Of a stretch of 64,000 nucleotides of DNA, positions 1 through 7,965 are shown one piece after another. The position numbers were made by a program, and so were the translations under genes. Source of the DNA: Candidatus Aldehydirespirator sp. (GTDB lineage: Bacteria; Actinomycetota; Acidimicrobiia; Acidimicrobiales; Aldehydirespiratoraceae); NCBI GenBank assembly GCA_965221215.1, contig OZ244872.1, positions 3,288,862 to 3,352,861 on the forward strand, in the 5' to 3' direction. Every line of letters starts with the position of its first letter. The first letter of the stretch is position 1. Below the pieces are notes generated by a model. That model searched no databases. It was not told where the DNA came from and saw nothing but the letters and a program-made list of their open reading frames with translations.

Positions 1-2817
1 AGCCATCATTGGCGGAGGGGGCGTGGGCTCAAACGTCAGCGTGATCGGATCGACCCCGGCGGGGACAGCACCGGCGTGGAGCGTCCCGGCGAACTCGAAT
101 GTCGCTCGCACGTAGCTCCGGAGCAACTCGTGGGAGGTTGGCGACGTTCCTCCTTCGAGGAAGCGGTCGCGCAGTTCGACGAGCCAACCCGCGAGTGCGC
201 GCTCGAACGGTCCGCCAGGGGCGGGCATCTGGTGGGAGCAGGTGGCACCGAAGGCGGCACCTACGGCGCGCTCAATCACGTACGGATCGTCAACATCGAG
301 CATCCGGGAAGCGATCACGAACGCGCGCTTCGGCTCCGGTCGGCCGTAGCGCTGCAGAGCCTTGGTCGCCAGATCGCGTATCTCCTCGCTTGTGGAGGTG
401 AGTAGCCACGCTGTGGCGAGGGCATTCAGGCCATCTTGGTCGTTGCGGTCGAACTCGCGAGCCCAGTAATCGATCAGCGCCTTCAGATCCTTGAGGATTA
501 GGTCGCTGGTGCGAAGGCGGACCCATTCGGTCCAACGGCGGTCGCGCTCAGGCAATGGCAACCGGCGAAGGACTCGGTCAAGGAAGTCGGCGTTGAGGCG
601 GTGAGTAGGCGAAGCCCGCACCTCCCATAGCCGATCAAACGGGTGCCCTCGGCCCGACTGTGGCCATGTCCCACCGACGATCAGCGTCTCGAGTTCGTCG
701 ACGGTGTGATCGTCAAGGAACTCGGATTCCGAGTGGAGTTCCTGAGCAAGTGCACAGGGTCGGCGCTCATTAGGCGCGAAGCGCCAGAGATGGTGCCCAC
801 GGAATCGGCGGGGAACCAACCCGACCATGTTGACGGCAACGTCGTCCCCGAACGGTCGGCGCTCCTCGCCTAGGAGGGACTCCCATAGCGATGATTCGGA
901 GAGACCCTCCGCCACCTCGGAGTAGAGCATGCGCACCAGCAGGCCGTCAGCGATCAGGTATCCGGCGAAGCGATCGAACAGTATTCCCACCTGAGTGTCG
1001 TCGCTGCCATCAATCTCCTCGCGAAGGAGCACGCCCTCCTCTTCGAGGCGCCGGAACAGGCTTTCGTCCCAGTTCGTCTCGCCGGCGTCCAGTATCGCCC
1101 TCGCTTCATCAGACGGGAGGCGCCGGGTGCCGCGGCTCCACAGCTTCAGAGCCAGCGAAGTGAGCCTGCGTTTGATCTGGTCACTGGGTATCGCCGCACG
1201 AGCAGGATCTTCCGCGAGGCGCTTGGCTACACGATCGAGGTATAACTCGAAGACACCGACCAGCGAAGTCGGCAAGGCCTCGACACCAACTGGATGCTGG
1301 CGTTGCGGGTTTGCTGCCTCACAGTAAATCCGGACGAACAGCGGGTTGTGGAACATTCCGGTCGGTAGCCAGGCACCGGCGGCGTTGATGAGATAGTGCT
1401 CGAAGTAGGCGTCGACGAGGTCGTTGACCTCGGGCCGGTACCACTCGAGTTCGACGGTCGTGGCGGTGGTTGGAACAGCCCTGGTGGCCAGTTCCTCGCG
1501 GAGCGTGATGACCACGACCACGTAGGGGAAGTCGCCAAGCGCTGGTACGAGTTCCTCTAGCAGTCCGCGCCACTCGGAGGGTCGCTCTGCCTCGTTCAGC
1601 CCGTCGATGGCTACCGGGATCCGAGCGCCAGCACGCGCACCTGCCGAGTTGAGCGCCTCAAGGAGGTCGTCGAAACGGTTGACGTTCAGCCCAGGGATCC
1701 GCTGCGCCAAGTCATCGAGGCTGTCCCCGGCTCTCAGGTGCCCGCCCTGGATGAACACCCCGGCTGTCTCCTGATCAAGCGGCGCGGTCAGCTGCGCGGC
1801 TAGGTGTGTCTTGCCCAAGCCAGCAGCGGCAACGACGGCGATCATCCCGGCGTCCGCATCAGCATCTGCCTCCTGCAGCCACCAGACCACGTCACGGATC
1901 TCGGCGGCGATGCCGGTGACAGCTAGGGCGGCCGGCAGTCGCCGCTTCCTCAGCGCCAAGACAAGACTTCGGAGCTTGCGTGTTGAGCAGGCGGGGGGCT
2001 GCTGCTCGGCGATGCGGACACGAGCTTCGGTCGGGCGACGGTTGCGCCCAGCGTCGACTATCGCGCGCAAGTCCGTGACAAACTTGTCCAGGTCATCCGC
2101 TGTGTCCTCGACATCTGCACGGAGCGAGGCGTCGTCGATGTCGCCGAAGGTGTCACGGAGCGTCTCGGTACGATATGCGATGGATGCGGCGCGCTCATCG
2201 AGCCATCCGAACTGCACCGAGCGCAGGAGCGCCCGCTCGAGCTTGTGTTCCACATGGCTTGGCCTGTGCAGTTGCGGCACCCAACGCGCCTTGACCGGCG
2301 CGACGGACCGCTCGTGAGCCCTCTCCAGCACATCCGGGGACAGCACGAGCTCTCCGAAGAACGTGGAACGGAGCTCGTCGAACCCAGAGAGCTCAGCGTC
2401 GAAGTTCTCTGCCGCCCACAGCTTTGTCGAGATGTCCCTGGACGGTCCCAGGCTGTCGATCCACTCCACGTCCCTCTTCGCTGGGCGCTGTGGAAGGCAG
2501 AGCACGAAATCGGTCAGCCCGTCAACGTATTCGATCGCCTTGTCGACCGACTCCTCGATCTGTTTGCGTCGCGAACGAGTGAGCTCGTTGTTCGAGCTGA
2601 GCACGAACCACTTACACGACCACCCCCACACGCGGCCGGGATCCCCGAGCTCACCCGAGTGTTCGACCCGCAGATAGAACTCCACACCAGGCTGCTGGCG
2701 TCGCTCACGAAGGGTACCCAATGCTCCGTAACGGCGCGACACGATCGCCCGCGTCAGAGCTTCGAAGTTCGTGTCAGGGGCGCCAGCCAGACCAGCCAAC
2801 TGAGTCAGGTCCAACAT
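1..2817 (-). CDS. NACHT/STAND-type P-loop NTPase, >939 aa, C-terminus lies beyond the window start
   Basis: Own minus-strand translation; the ORF has no stop inside the window, so it is missing from the track. ATG at 2817, in-frame upstream stop at 2869-2871, open to nt 1. Walker A MIAVVAAAGLGKTHLA (about 1800-1845). NACHT-like Walker B RIPVAIDGLNEAE. C-terminal HEAT-like repeats (EEIRDLATKALQRYG, DDPYVIERAVGAAFG). An unassigned N-terminal domain of about 320 aa precedes the P-loop. Confidence 0.75.
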   Translation of the reverse strand, partial: MLDLTQLAGLAGAPDTNFEALTRAIVSRRYGALGTLRERRQQPGVEFYLRVEHSGELGDPGRVWGWSCKWFVLSSNNELTRSRRKQIEESVDKAIEYVDGLTDFVLCLPQRPAKRDVEWIDSLGPSRDISTKLWAAENFDAELSGFDELRSTFFGELVLSPDVLERAHERSVAPVKARWVPQLHRPSHVEHKLERALLRSVQFGWLDERAASIAYRTETLRDTFGDIDDASLRADVEDTADDLDKFVTDLRAIVDAGRNRRPTEARVRIAEQQPPACSTRKLRSLVLALRKRRLPAALAVTGIAAEIRDVVWWLQEADADADAGMIAVVAAAGLGKTHLAAQLTAPLDQETAGVFIQGGHLRAGDSLDDLAQRIPGLNVNRFDDLLEALNSAGARAGARIPVAIDGLNEAERPSEWRGLLEELVPALGDFPYVVVVITLREELATRAVPTTATTVELEWYRPEVNDLVDAYFEHYLINAAGAWLPTGMFHNPLFVRIYCEAANPQRQHPVGVEALPTSLVGVFELYLDRVAKRLAEDPARAAIPSDQIKRRLTSLALKLWSRGTRRLPSDEARAILDAGETNWDESLFRRLEEEGVLLREEIDGSDDTQVGILFDRFAGYLIADGLLVRMLYSEVAEGLSESSLWESLLGEERRPFGDDVAVNMVGLVPRRFRGHHLWRFAPNERRPCALAQELHSESEFLDDHTVDELETLIVGGTWPQSGRGHPFDRLWEVRASPTHRLNADFLDRVLRRLPLPERDRRWTEWVRLRTSDLILKDLKALIDYWAREFDRNDQDGLNALATAWLLTSTSEEIRDLATKALQRYGRPEPKRAFVIASRMLDVDDPYVIERAVGAAFGATCSHQMPAPGGPFERALAGWLVELRDRFLEGGTSPTSHELLRSYVRATFEFAGTLHAGAVPAGVDPITLTFEPTPPPPMMA

Positions 2818-2825
2818 TGCCTGCT

Positions 2826-3239
2826 TCAGCAATCTTCGGCAGTTCTCGGCGTTCCGTCCTCGTTCCAGTCATGGCGGGAGAACACCTCGACTCGCGCTCC
2901 GAGGTGGATGAGTACCTTGAGGAAGCCTTGGACCTCGGACTCCTCGGTCTGGACTCGGACGGTCGAGTCCCTTCGTTCGACCGTGTGCTCGAAGGCGTAG
3001 ATGTCGACGTCGGATCTGCCCATGTCGTAGAGCTTGAGCTCGCGCAGACCATCCATGAGCGAGCCGGGCATGCGCTCCTCGCGGAATCTCCAGTCGTCGT
3101 CGGACCACTCGGACTCGGCGAGGATCCTCAGCGCCTCCATCTTCTCAATCGCCGCTTCTGCACCGGTGACTGTCTCGAACGTCCCGACAAGCAAGAGGTC
3201 CATCGAGTGTTCGGACCCGTAGCTGTACCAGATCCTCAC
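2826..3239 (-). CDS. hypothetical acidic 137-aa protein, translationally coupled to the radical-SAM gene
   Basis: Track ORF. The GTG start overlaps the rSAM stop (GTGA at 3236-3239), with AAGGAGG just upstream. Coding-like codon usage, no TM segment. The only Cys is the last residue. No family recognised. Confidence 0.6.
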   Translation of the reverse strand: MRIWYSYGSEHSMDLLLVGTFETVTGAEAAIEKMEALRILAESEWSDDDWRFREERMPGSLMDGLRELKLYDMGRSDVDIYAFEHTVERRDSTVRVQTEESEVQGFLKVLIHLGARVEVFSRHDWNEDGTPRTAEDC

Positions 3240-4135
3240 ACCGCCTCCTTCAACGCTCCCACGGCATCGAGGATGGAGTCCCCGACGAGCGTTCCCACCA
3301 GCGAGTACGCGTTCGGGCGAAGGATGCCGGTCGCGTCAACATGCAGGTGCGCGTCCAGAGAGGACTCATCCGCTATGGGCTCGGCGACCGGTACGGAGGC
3401 CTCAAGGCCGGAACGGGAGATCGCGAGCCGCACCGGCGGCTTGGCGGCACGCACCCAGCGCACGAGTCGCTCAGCGTCAGTGTCAGAGATCCCAGGTCTG
3501 GCCACGGTCGGCTGCTCGGGCAGGAGGAGGAGTTCGGACGCGCCGACTTCGGCGGCGAACTCAGCGAGTTGATCCAGCTCGGCGACAGTGTCGGCGTTGA
3601 CGACCGCGTTGATGCCGATCGGAGCTACCGAACGCAACATGGTGGCAGCGTCGACTACTGCCGCGAACGGCCGGTGCCGGAGACGCTCGTAGGTGGATCC
3701 GACACCGTCGACGGATAGGCGTGCGAAGTGAACAGACCCTCGCAGCGAGTCTGTGAGTTCAGGGCTGAGCCGATGGCCGTGTGTGGTGAAGCTCACCGCC
3801 ATCGACGTCGACTCGGTGATCTGAGCGCAGAGCTGGGCGAACCGGGGATGAGTGGTCGGTTCCCCACCTCCAAACCCAATACCGAGACAACCAGCGCGGT
3901 CGAACTCCACTGCCCAGGCAACCACGCGGTCCGCGTCGAGTGCCGCCGCATGCTTGGGAGCGTAACAGTAGGCGCAGCGAAGCTCGCAGGCGTTCGTCAG
4001 CGCGATCGACAGATAACGGGGAGCCAGCGACTGCTGCTCTGGGGGCACGTCGACCTCGTCCAGCAGGACGTTCAGCCCGGACACGCGGTCGAATAGGTGA
4101 ATGCCTGCTTCGCACCAACGGATCTTGTGTGTCAT
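3236..4135 (-). CDS. radical SAM protein (SPASM-maturase-like N-terminus, Cys-less C-terminal half)
   Basis: 299-aa ORF. Cluster motif TNACELRCAYCYAP (C50-x3-C54-x2-C57). GGGEP SAM-binding motif. No Cys after residue 103. Confidence 0.85.
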   Translation of the reverse strand: MTHKIRWCEAGIHLFDRVSGLNVLLDEVDVPPEQQSLAPRYLSIALTNACELRCAYCYAPKHAAALDADRVVAWAVEFDRAGCLGIGFGGGEPTTHPRFAQLCAQITESTSMAVSFTTHGHRLSPELTDSLRGSVHFARLSVDGVGSTYERLRHRPFAAVVDAATMLRSVAPIGINAVVNADTVAELDQLAEFAAEVGASELLLLPEQPTVARPGISDTDAERLVRWVRAAKPPVRLAISRSGLEASVPVAEPIADESSLDAHLHVDATGILRPNAYSLVGTLVGDSILDAVGALKEAV

Positions 4136-4241
4136 CGCACCATGCTGCCACCGCTAGTTGTGCTCCGCGGGAAGGTTGTCCTCGAGTAGCTGGTTGCGTG
4201 TGTGAAATCGGGGCAGCGGCAAGCGGCATTCGGCGAATAGG

Positions 4242-5225
4242 GTGAGTTTCGTGGTGCGGCCTGCTTTCAACGTTATGGCCCATGGATCGGTCCGGCGGGC
4301 GGTGGAACTGGCCCGGCTGGCCGAGAGCCTCGGCTACGAGCGGGGCTGGGTGTACGACGAGGGGCTGGCGGCCAGCGACGTGTACGTCACGCTCACCGCC
4401 ATCGCCGCGGCCACCGAGTCGCTCACCGTCGGTCCCGGCATCACCAACCCCTACACCCGCCACGCCGGCGTCACCGCCGCGGCCATCGCCTCCCTGGACG
4501 AGCTGTCGGGCGGGAGGGCCTTCCTGGGCATCGGCGCGGGCGGCAGCCTCACCCTCGATCCGCTCGCCATCGCCCACAGGCGGCCCCTGACCGCGGTGCG
4601 CGAGACCATCGACGCCTGCCGCCGCCTGTTCGCCGGCGACACCGTCAGCGTCGAGGGCGCCCATGTGCGGCTCAGCGAGGCGTCGCTGCTGAACGTCCGG
4701 GCCGGAACCGAGATCTGGCTGGCCGGGCGGGGCCCGAGGATGCTCGAGCTTGGCGGCGCGGCTTGCGACGGCGTGCTGGTGGACTTCATCTACAGGCCGC
4801 ACCTGGGCGCGGCGGTGGATCGGATCCGGGCCGCGGGCCGGGCGGCGGGCAACGACCCCCGCATCGCCTACTCCACCATGCTGGTCACCGACGACGACGA
4901 CATGGCCGCCATCAAGCCCCACTTGACCTACCGGCTGGTCGACTCGCCCGCCGAGGTGCAGGAGGCCATCGGACTCAGCGACGCCGACGCGGCCCGGATC
5001 AGGACGGCGCTGGCCGACGGCTTGGAGGCCGCGGCCGAGCATGTGCGCGACGAGTGGGCTCTGGCCTTCGTGATCGCGGGCACTCCCCGAGAGTGCAGCC
5101 GCCAGTTGCAGAGCCTCGCCGAAGAGCACGGGGTCGAGTCCTTCGTCGTGCCGCTGCTCGACGACGAGCCGGCCGAGAAGCTGCTGCACGCCGGAGCGAA
5201 AATCATAGAAATGATCAAAAAATAA
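4242..5225 (+). CDS. LLM-class (luciferase-like) F420-dependent oxidoreductase
   Basis: 327 aa. Motifs VGPGITNPYTRH and FLGIGAGGS are typical of the luciferase-like monooxygenase / methylene-H4MPT reductase-like family. A paralog lies at 37589-38548. Confidence 0.8.
   Translation: MSFVVRPAFNVMAHGSVRRAVELARLAESLGYERGWVYDEGLAASDVYVTLTAIAAATESLTVGPGITNPYTRHAGVTAAAIASLDELSGGRAFLGIGAGGSLTLDPLAIAHRRPLTAVRETIDACRRLFAGDTVSVEGAHVRLSEASLLNVRAGTEIWLAGRGPRMLELGGAACDGVLVDFIYRPHLGAAVDRIRAAGRAAGNDPRIAYSTMLVTDDDDMAAIKPHLTYRLVDSPAEVQEAIGLSDADAARIRTALADGLEAAAEHVRDEWALAFVIAGTPRECSRQLQSLAEEHGVESFVVPLLDDEPAEKLLHAGAKIIEMIKK
5198..5225 (+). promoter_or_regulatory. AT-rich box GAAAATCATAGAAATGATCAAAAAATAA upstream of Tad locus 1; a similar box lies upstream of Tad-like locus 2
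   Basis: Strikingly AT-rich in a GC-rich genome. Aligns with the reverse complement of 49679-49704 (TCAaAGAAAT-ATCAcAAAAAA..GTTGcAC versus TCAtAGAAATgATCA-AAAAAAtaaGTTGaAC). Confidence 0.4.
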
Positions 5226-5226
5226 G

Positions 5227-5255
5227 TTGAACATGTCGTAGCCCTTCTGTAGGGT
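5227..5255 (+). promoter_or_regulatory. putative sigma-70-type promoter for Tad locus 1 (-35 TTGAAC, 17-nt spacer, -10 TAGGGT)
   Basis: TTGAAC at 5227-5232 and TAGGGT at 5250-5255. Same architecture as the locus-2 promoter candidate. Confidence 0.35.
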
Positions 5256-5377
5256 GCCGCCGCTGGCCCGGTTCGCTGGATGCCGGGCCGGCCGTCAGAG
5301 CGGCTCAGCCGTGATCTGTGAGAGCTCCGGCTCCCCGAGTCCCGCCGTCATTGGAACTCGATGTGCGGGAGGCGTTG

Positions 5378-6103
5378 ATGATTGTCTGGTACTGGTCTGT
5401 GAAGGGCGGCGTCGGCACGTCGGTGGTGGCGGCCGCAACCGCCATCCGCCTCGCTTCGGATGACCGCGAGGCCACGCTGGTGGACCTCACCGGCGACCAG
5501 CCCGCCCTGTTGGGCATGGTCGCCGGCGCCGCGCCGTCGGAGCCCGGCATCGGCGACTGGGTGGCCGCCGGCGACGGTGTGGCGGCCGACGCCATCGGCA
5601 GGCTGCTCGAGGACGTGGCCCCCGGCCTGAGACTGCTCCGACAGGGCACTCAGCCCGCGCTGGCGGCCCGCGCCGAGGTCCGCTCCAGCCCGCCTCCCAC
5701 GGTCGAGTCGAGCCCTGAACGCGGACCCCAGCCGGCGCTCGGGCGGCGCAGGCTGGTGCTGGCCCTCGAAGTGCTGGCCCGGATTGGTCCGGTGGTGGTG
5801 GACGCGGGGCTCGACCCGTTCGAGATGCGGTCCGATCTCGGCTCGCAGCACCGGCCGGTGTGCGTGCTGCGGTCCTGCTATCTCGCCCTCACCCGGGCCC
5901 AGCAGGTGCGGGGACCCTACGACCGGGTGGTTCTTGTGGAAGAGCCGGGCCGGGCCCTGCGATGCCGCGATGTGGCCTCCGCAGTGGGCGCCTCCACCGT
6001 TGAGCGGGTGGCCTGGGATCCCCGCGTGGCCCGGTCCGTCGACGCAGGGACCATCGTGAGCATGCTCCCGCCGCCGCTGCGGCGCTTCGAGCTTCCGGCA
6101 TGA
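5378..6103 (+). CDS. CpaE/TadZ/Ssd-like ParA-family protein of the Tad locus
   Basis: MIVWYWSVKGGVGTSVVAAA is a deviant Walker A. GGGAGG lies 6 nt before the ATG at 5378. The stop overlaps the tadA start. The track ORF starts earlier, at GTG 5318. Confidence 0.7.
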   Translation: MIVWYWSVKGGVGTSVVAAATAIRLASDDREATLVDLTGDQPALLGMVAGAAPSEPGIGDWVAAGDGVAADAIGRLLEDVAPGLRLLRQGTQPALAARAEVRSSPPPTVESSPERGPQPALGRRRLVLALEVLARIGPVVVDAGLDPFEMRSDLGSQHRPVCVLRSCYLALTRAQQVRGPYDRVVLVEEPGRALRCRDVASAVGASTVERVAWDPRVARSVDAGTIVSMLPPPLRRFELPA

Positions 6104-7218
6104 CCGCCGCCGCGCTGGTCGAGGCCGTGCACCGCAGGGTGATCGACACCATGGCCGAGGTCCCGATGCCGGCGGTGGACATCGCCGGCATCGTTCGCGC
6201 CCTGGCCCCGCTCGCCCCGACCGACGAGGTGGACGACGTGGTGGCCCGGGTGGCAGCCCGCGTTCACGGCCTGGGTCCGTTGGAGCCGCTGCTCGCCGAT
6301 GCGTCGGTGAGCGAGGTGATGGTCAACGGTCCGGGGCCGGTGTGGGTGGAGCGGGGCGGGGCCGTGAGTCCCAGCGAGGTGTCGCTGGACCGGGCCGCAG
6401 TCGATCTGGTCATCGAGCGGATCGTCGCTCCGCTGGGCCGTCGGGTTGATCAGCTGACCCCCTGCGTGGACGGTCGCCTGCCCGACGGCTCCCGGGTGCA
6501 TGTAGCGGTGCCGCCGGTGGCGGTGGACGGTCCCTATGTGACGATCCGCCGCTTCGTGGTTCTCGAGGTGGCGCTCGACATGTTCGCCGGCCCGCCGGTG
6601 GTGGCCCTGCTGGAGCAGCTGGTCGACCGGGGGGCCAACCTCGTGGTGAGCGGCGGCACGGGGGCGGGCAAGACCACCCTGCTTAACGCCTTGGCCGGCC
6701 GGGTGAGCCACCGGCAGCGGGTGATCACCATTGAAGATGCCGCCGAGTTGCAGCTTGACCACCCCCATGTGGTGAGGCTGGAGGCTCGGCCCGAGTCGCG
6801 CGAGGGCGGAGGGGCGGTGACGATCCGAGATCTTGTGCGCAACGCGCTGCGGATGCGCCCCGACCGGTTGGTAGTGGGAGAGGTGCGCGGCCCGGAGGCT
6901 CTCGACTTGTTGCATGCGCTCAATACCGGCCACGCCGGGTGCTTGTCCACGGTTCACGCCAACGGCCCCGTCGACGCGCTGCGCCGGCTGGCCGCGCTGG
7001 CCACCGCCGCGGACGAGCGCCTGGGCGTGGAGGCGGTGCGGGATCATGTAGCGGCCGCCATCGATGCCGTCGTTCACCTGGGACGATCCCCCGACGGCAC
7101 CCGGCGGCTCGCCGCAGTGGCCGAGGTGACCGGCCACGACCAAGTGCGCCGGCTGGCCGACGACTCCGAGGTCTGCTCGCCCCCGGCCCGGCCCGCCCGC
7201 CTGGAGTTTGGGCCATGA
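6100..7218 (+). CDS. tadA: Tad pilus secretion ATPase (CpaF/TadA, type II/IV secretion NTPase family)
   Basis: 372 aa. Walker A GGTGAGKTTLLNAL, Walker B/Asp box LVVGEVRGPEALDLL, His box NTGHAGCLSTVHAN. Confidence 0.9.
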   Translation: MTAAALVEAVHRRVIDTMAEVPMPAVDIAGIVRALAPLAPTDEVDDVVARVAARVHGLGPLEPLLADASVSEVMVNGPGPVWVERGGAVSPSEVSLDRAAVDLVIERIVAPLGRRVDQLTPCVDGRLPDGSRVHVAVPPVAVDGPYVTIRRFVVLEVALDMFAGPPVVALLEQLVDRGANLVVSGGTGAGKTTLLNALAGRVSHRQRVITIEDAAELQLDHPHVVRLEARPESREGGGAVTIRDLVRNALRMRPDRLVVGEVRGPEALDLLHALNTGHAGCLSTVHANGPVDALRRLAALATAADERLGVEAVRDHVAAAIDAVVHLGRSPDGTRRLAAVAEVTGHDQVRRLADDSEVCSPPARPARLEFGP

Positions 7219-7296
7219 CTGCGGTCGTGCCGGAGGCGGTTGGGCTGTGACTGCGGTGTTCGATGCTGAGAGGGTCGGGCTGTGACTGCGGTGCTG
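7209..7296 (+). repeat. imperfect tandem triplication of the tadA/tadB junction (GGGCCATGACTGCGGTCGTG, then GGGCTGTGACTGCGGTG twice)
   Basis: Units at 7210-7229, 7242-7258 and 7277-7293. Units 2 and 3 are identical 17-mers. They create two mini-ORFs (7215-7250 and 7247-7285) chained by ATGA/GTGA overlaps. Confidence 0.85.
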
Positions 7297-7965
7297 GTGG
7301 CTGGGCTCGTGTTTATGGCGCTGATGCCTGATCTGCCCATGGCGCGGCCCCGGGGGCGCGCTGCGAGCCGGACCTGGCTGCGGCGCGCCGTGCCGGCTCG
7401 GCTGCTGGCCGCGGTGTGGCGCTGGGCGGGCCGCTCCGAACAGGCCGACGCGGTGCCCCAAGCCCTTGAACTGACGGCTCGGGCGCTGCGCTCGGGCGCC
7501 TCGGTGTTGACCGCGGTTGACAGCGCCGCGTCCGAGCTGCCCGCGACCGGCCTGCGCCAGGTGGTGCGCCGGGTGCGGGGAGGGTTGAGCCTCGCCGAGG
7601 CTCTCGATCACTGGGTCGGCGGCGCATCCGAGCGCCAGACCGCTGCCGCCCTGCTGGTGCTGGGACACGCCTCCGGCGCGGCGATGGCCGCCAGCCTCGA
7701 CCGCGCCGCTGCGTCGTTGCGCCAGCGTCGGGCCCTCGACGACGAGATCCGTGCCCTCACCGCCCAGACCCGCACCTCCGCGGTGGTCGTGGCGGCCGCC
7801 CCGGCCGGATTCGCGGTGATCGTCACCCTCATCGACCGCGACGCCCTCAGCGGGCTGGTATCCACGCCGATAGGACTCGTGTCGCTGGGCCTCGGACTGG
7901 TGTTGGAAGGCCTGGGCCTCTGGTGGATGGCCCGCCTGTGCCGGGGGGTGGGCCAATGGGCGTGA
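7282..7965 (+). CDS. tadB: TadB-like platform protein (T2SS F-domain family)
   Basis: 227 aa, polytopic and Ala/Leu-rich. Its position directly after tadA matches the actinobacterial tad locus. Confidence 0.7.
   Translation: MTAVLVAGLVFMALMPDLPMARPRGRAASRTWLRRAVPARLLAAVWRWAGRSEQADAVPQALELTARALRSGASVLTAVDSAASELPATGLRQVVRRVRGGLSLAEALDHWVGGASERQTAAALLVLGHASGAAMAASLDRAAASLRQRRALDDEIRALTAQTRTSAVVVAAAPAGFAVIVTLIDRDALSGLVSTPIGLVSLGLGLVLEGLGLWWMARLCRGVGQWA

Noticed and set aside
3236-4135. Radical-SAM gene as a prokaryotic viperin (pVip)
   Set aside because: The cluster motif context (NACELRCAYCYAP) and the rest of the sequence do not resemble viperin (CNYKCGFCFH...). The size is similar but no viperin C-terminal motifs were seen.
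3759-5234. Long antisense or out-of-frame ORFs in the track (for example 3759-5234 -, 5917-8028 -, 13726-16143 +, 18018-19415 -, 27987-30119 -, 32803-34917 -, 34613-36247 -, 48853-49630 +)
   Set aside because: These are typical high-GC shadow ORFs. They have Arg/Gly/Pro/Ala-rich low-complexity translations, carry no motifs, and fully overlap genes with clear family signatures on the other strand or frame.
5254-5463. 69-aa ORF at the start of Tad locus 1
   Set aside because: Its GTG lies inside the predicted -10 element. The translation is low-complexity and overlaps the CpaE-like gene in another frame.
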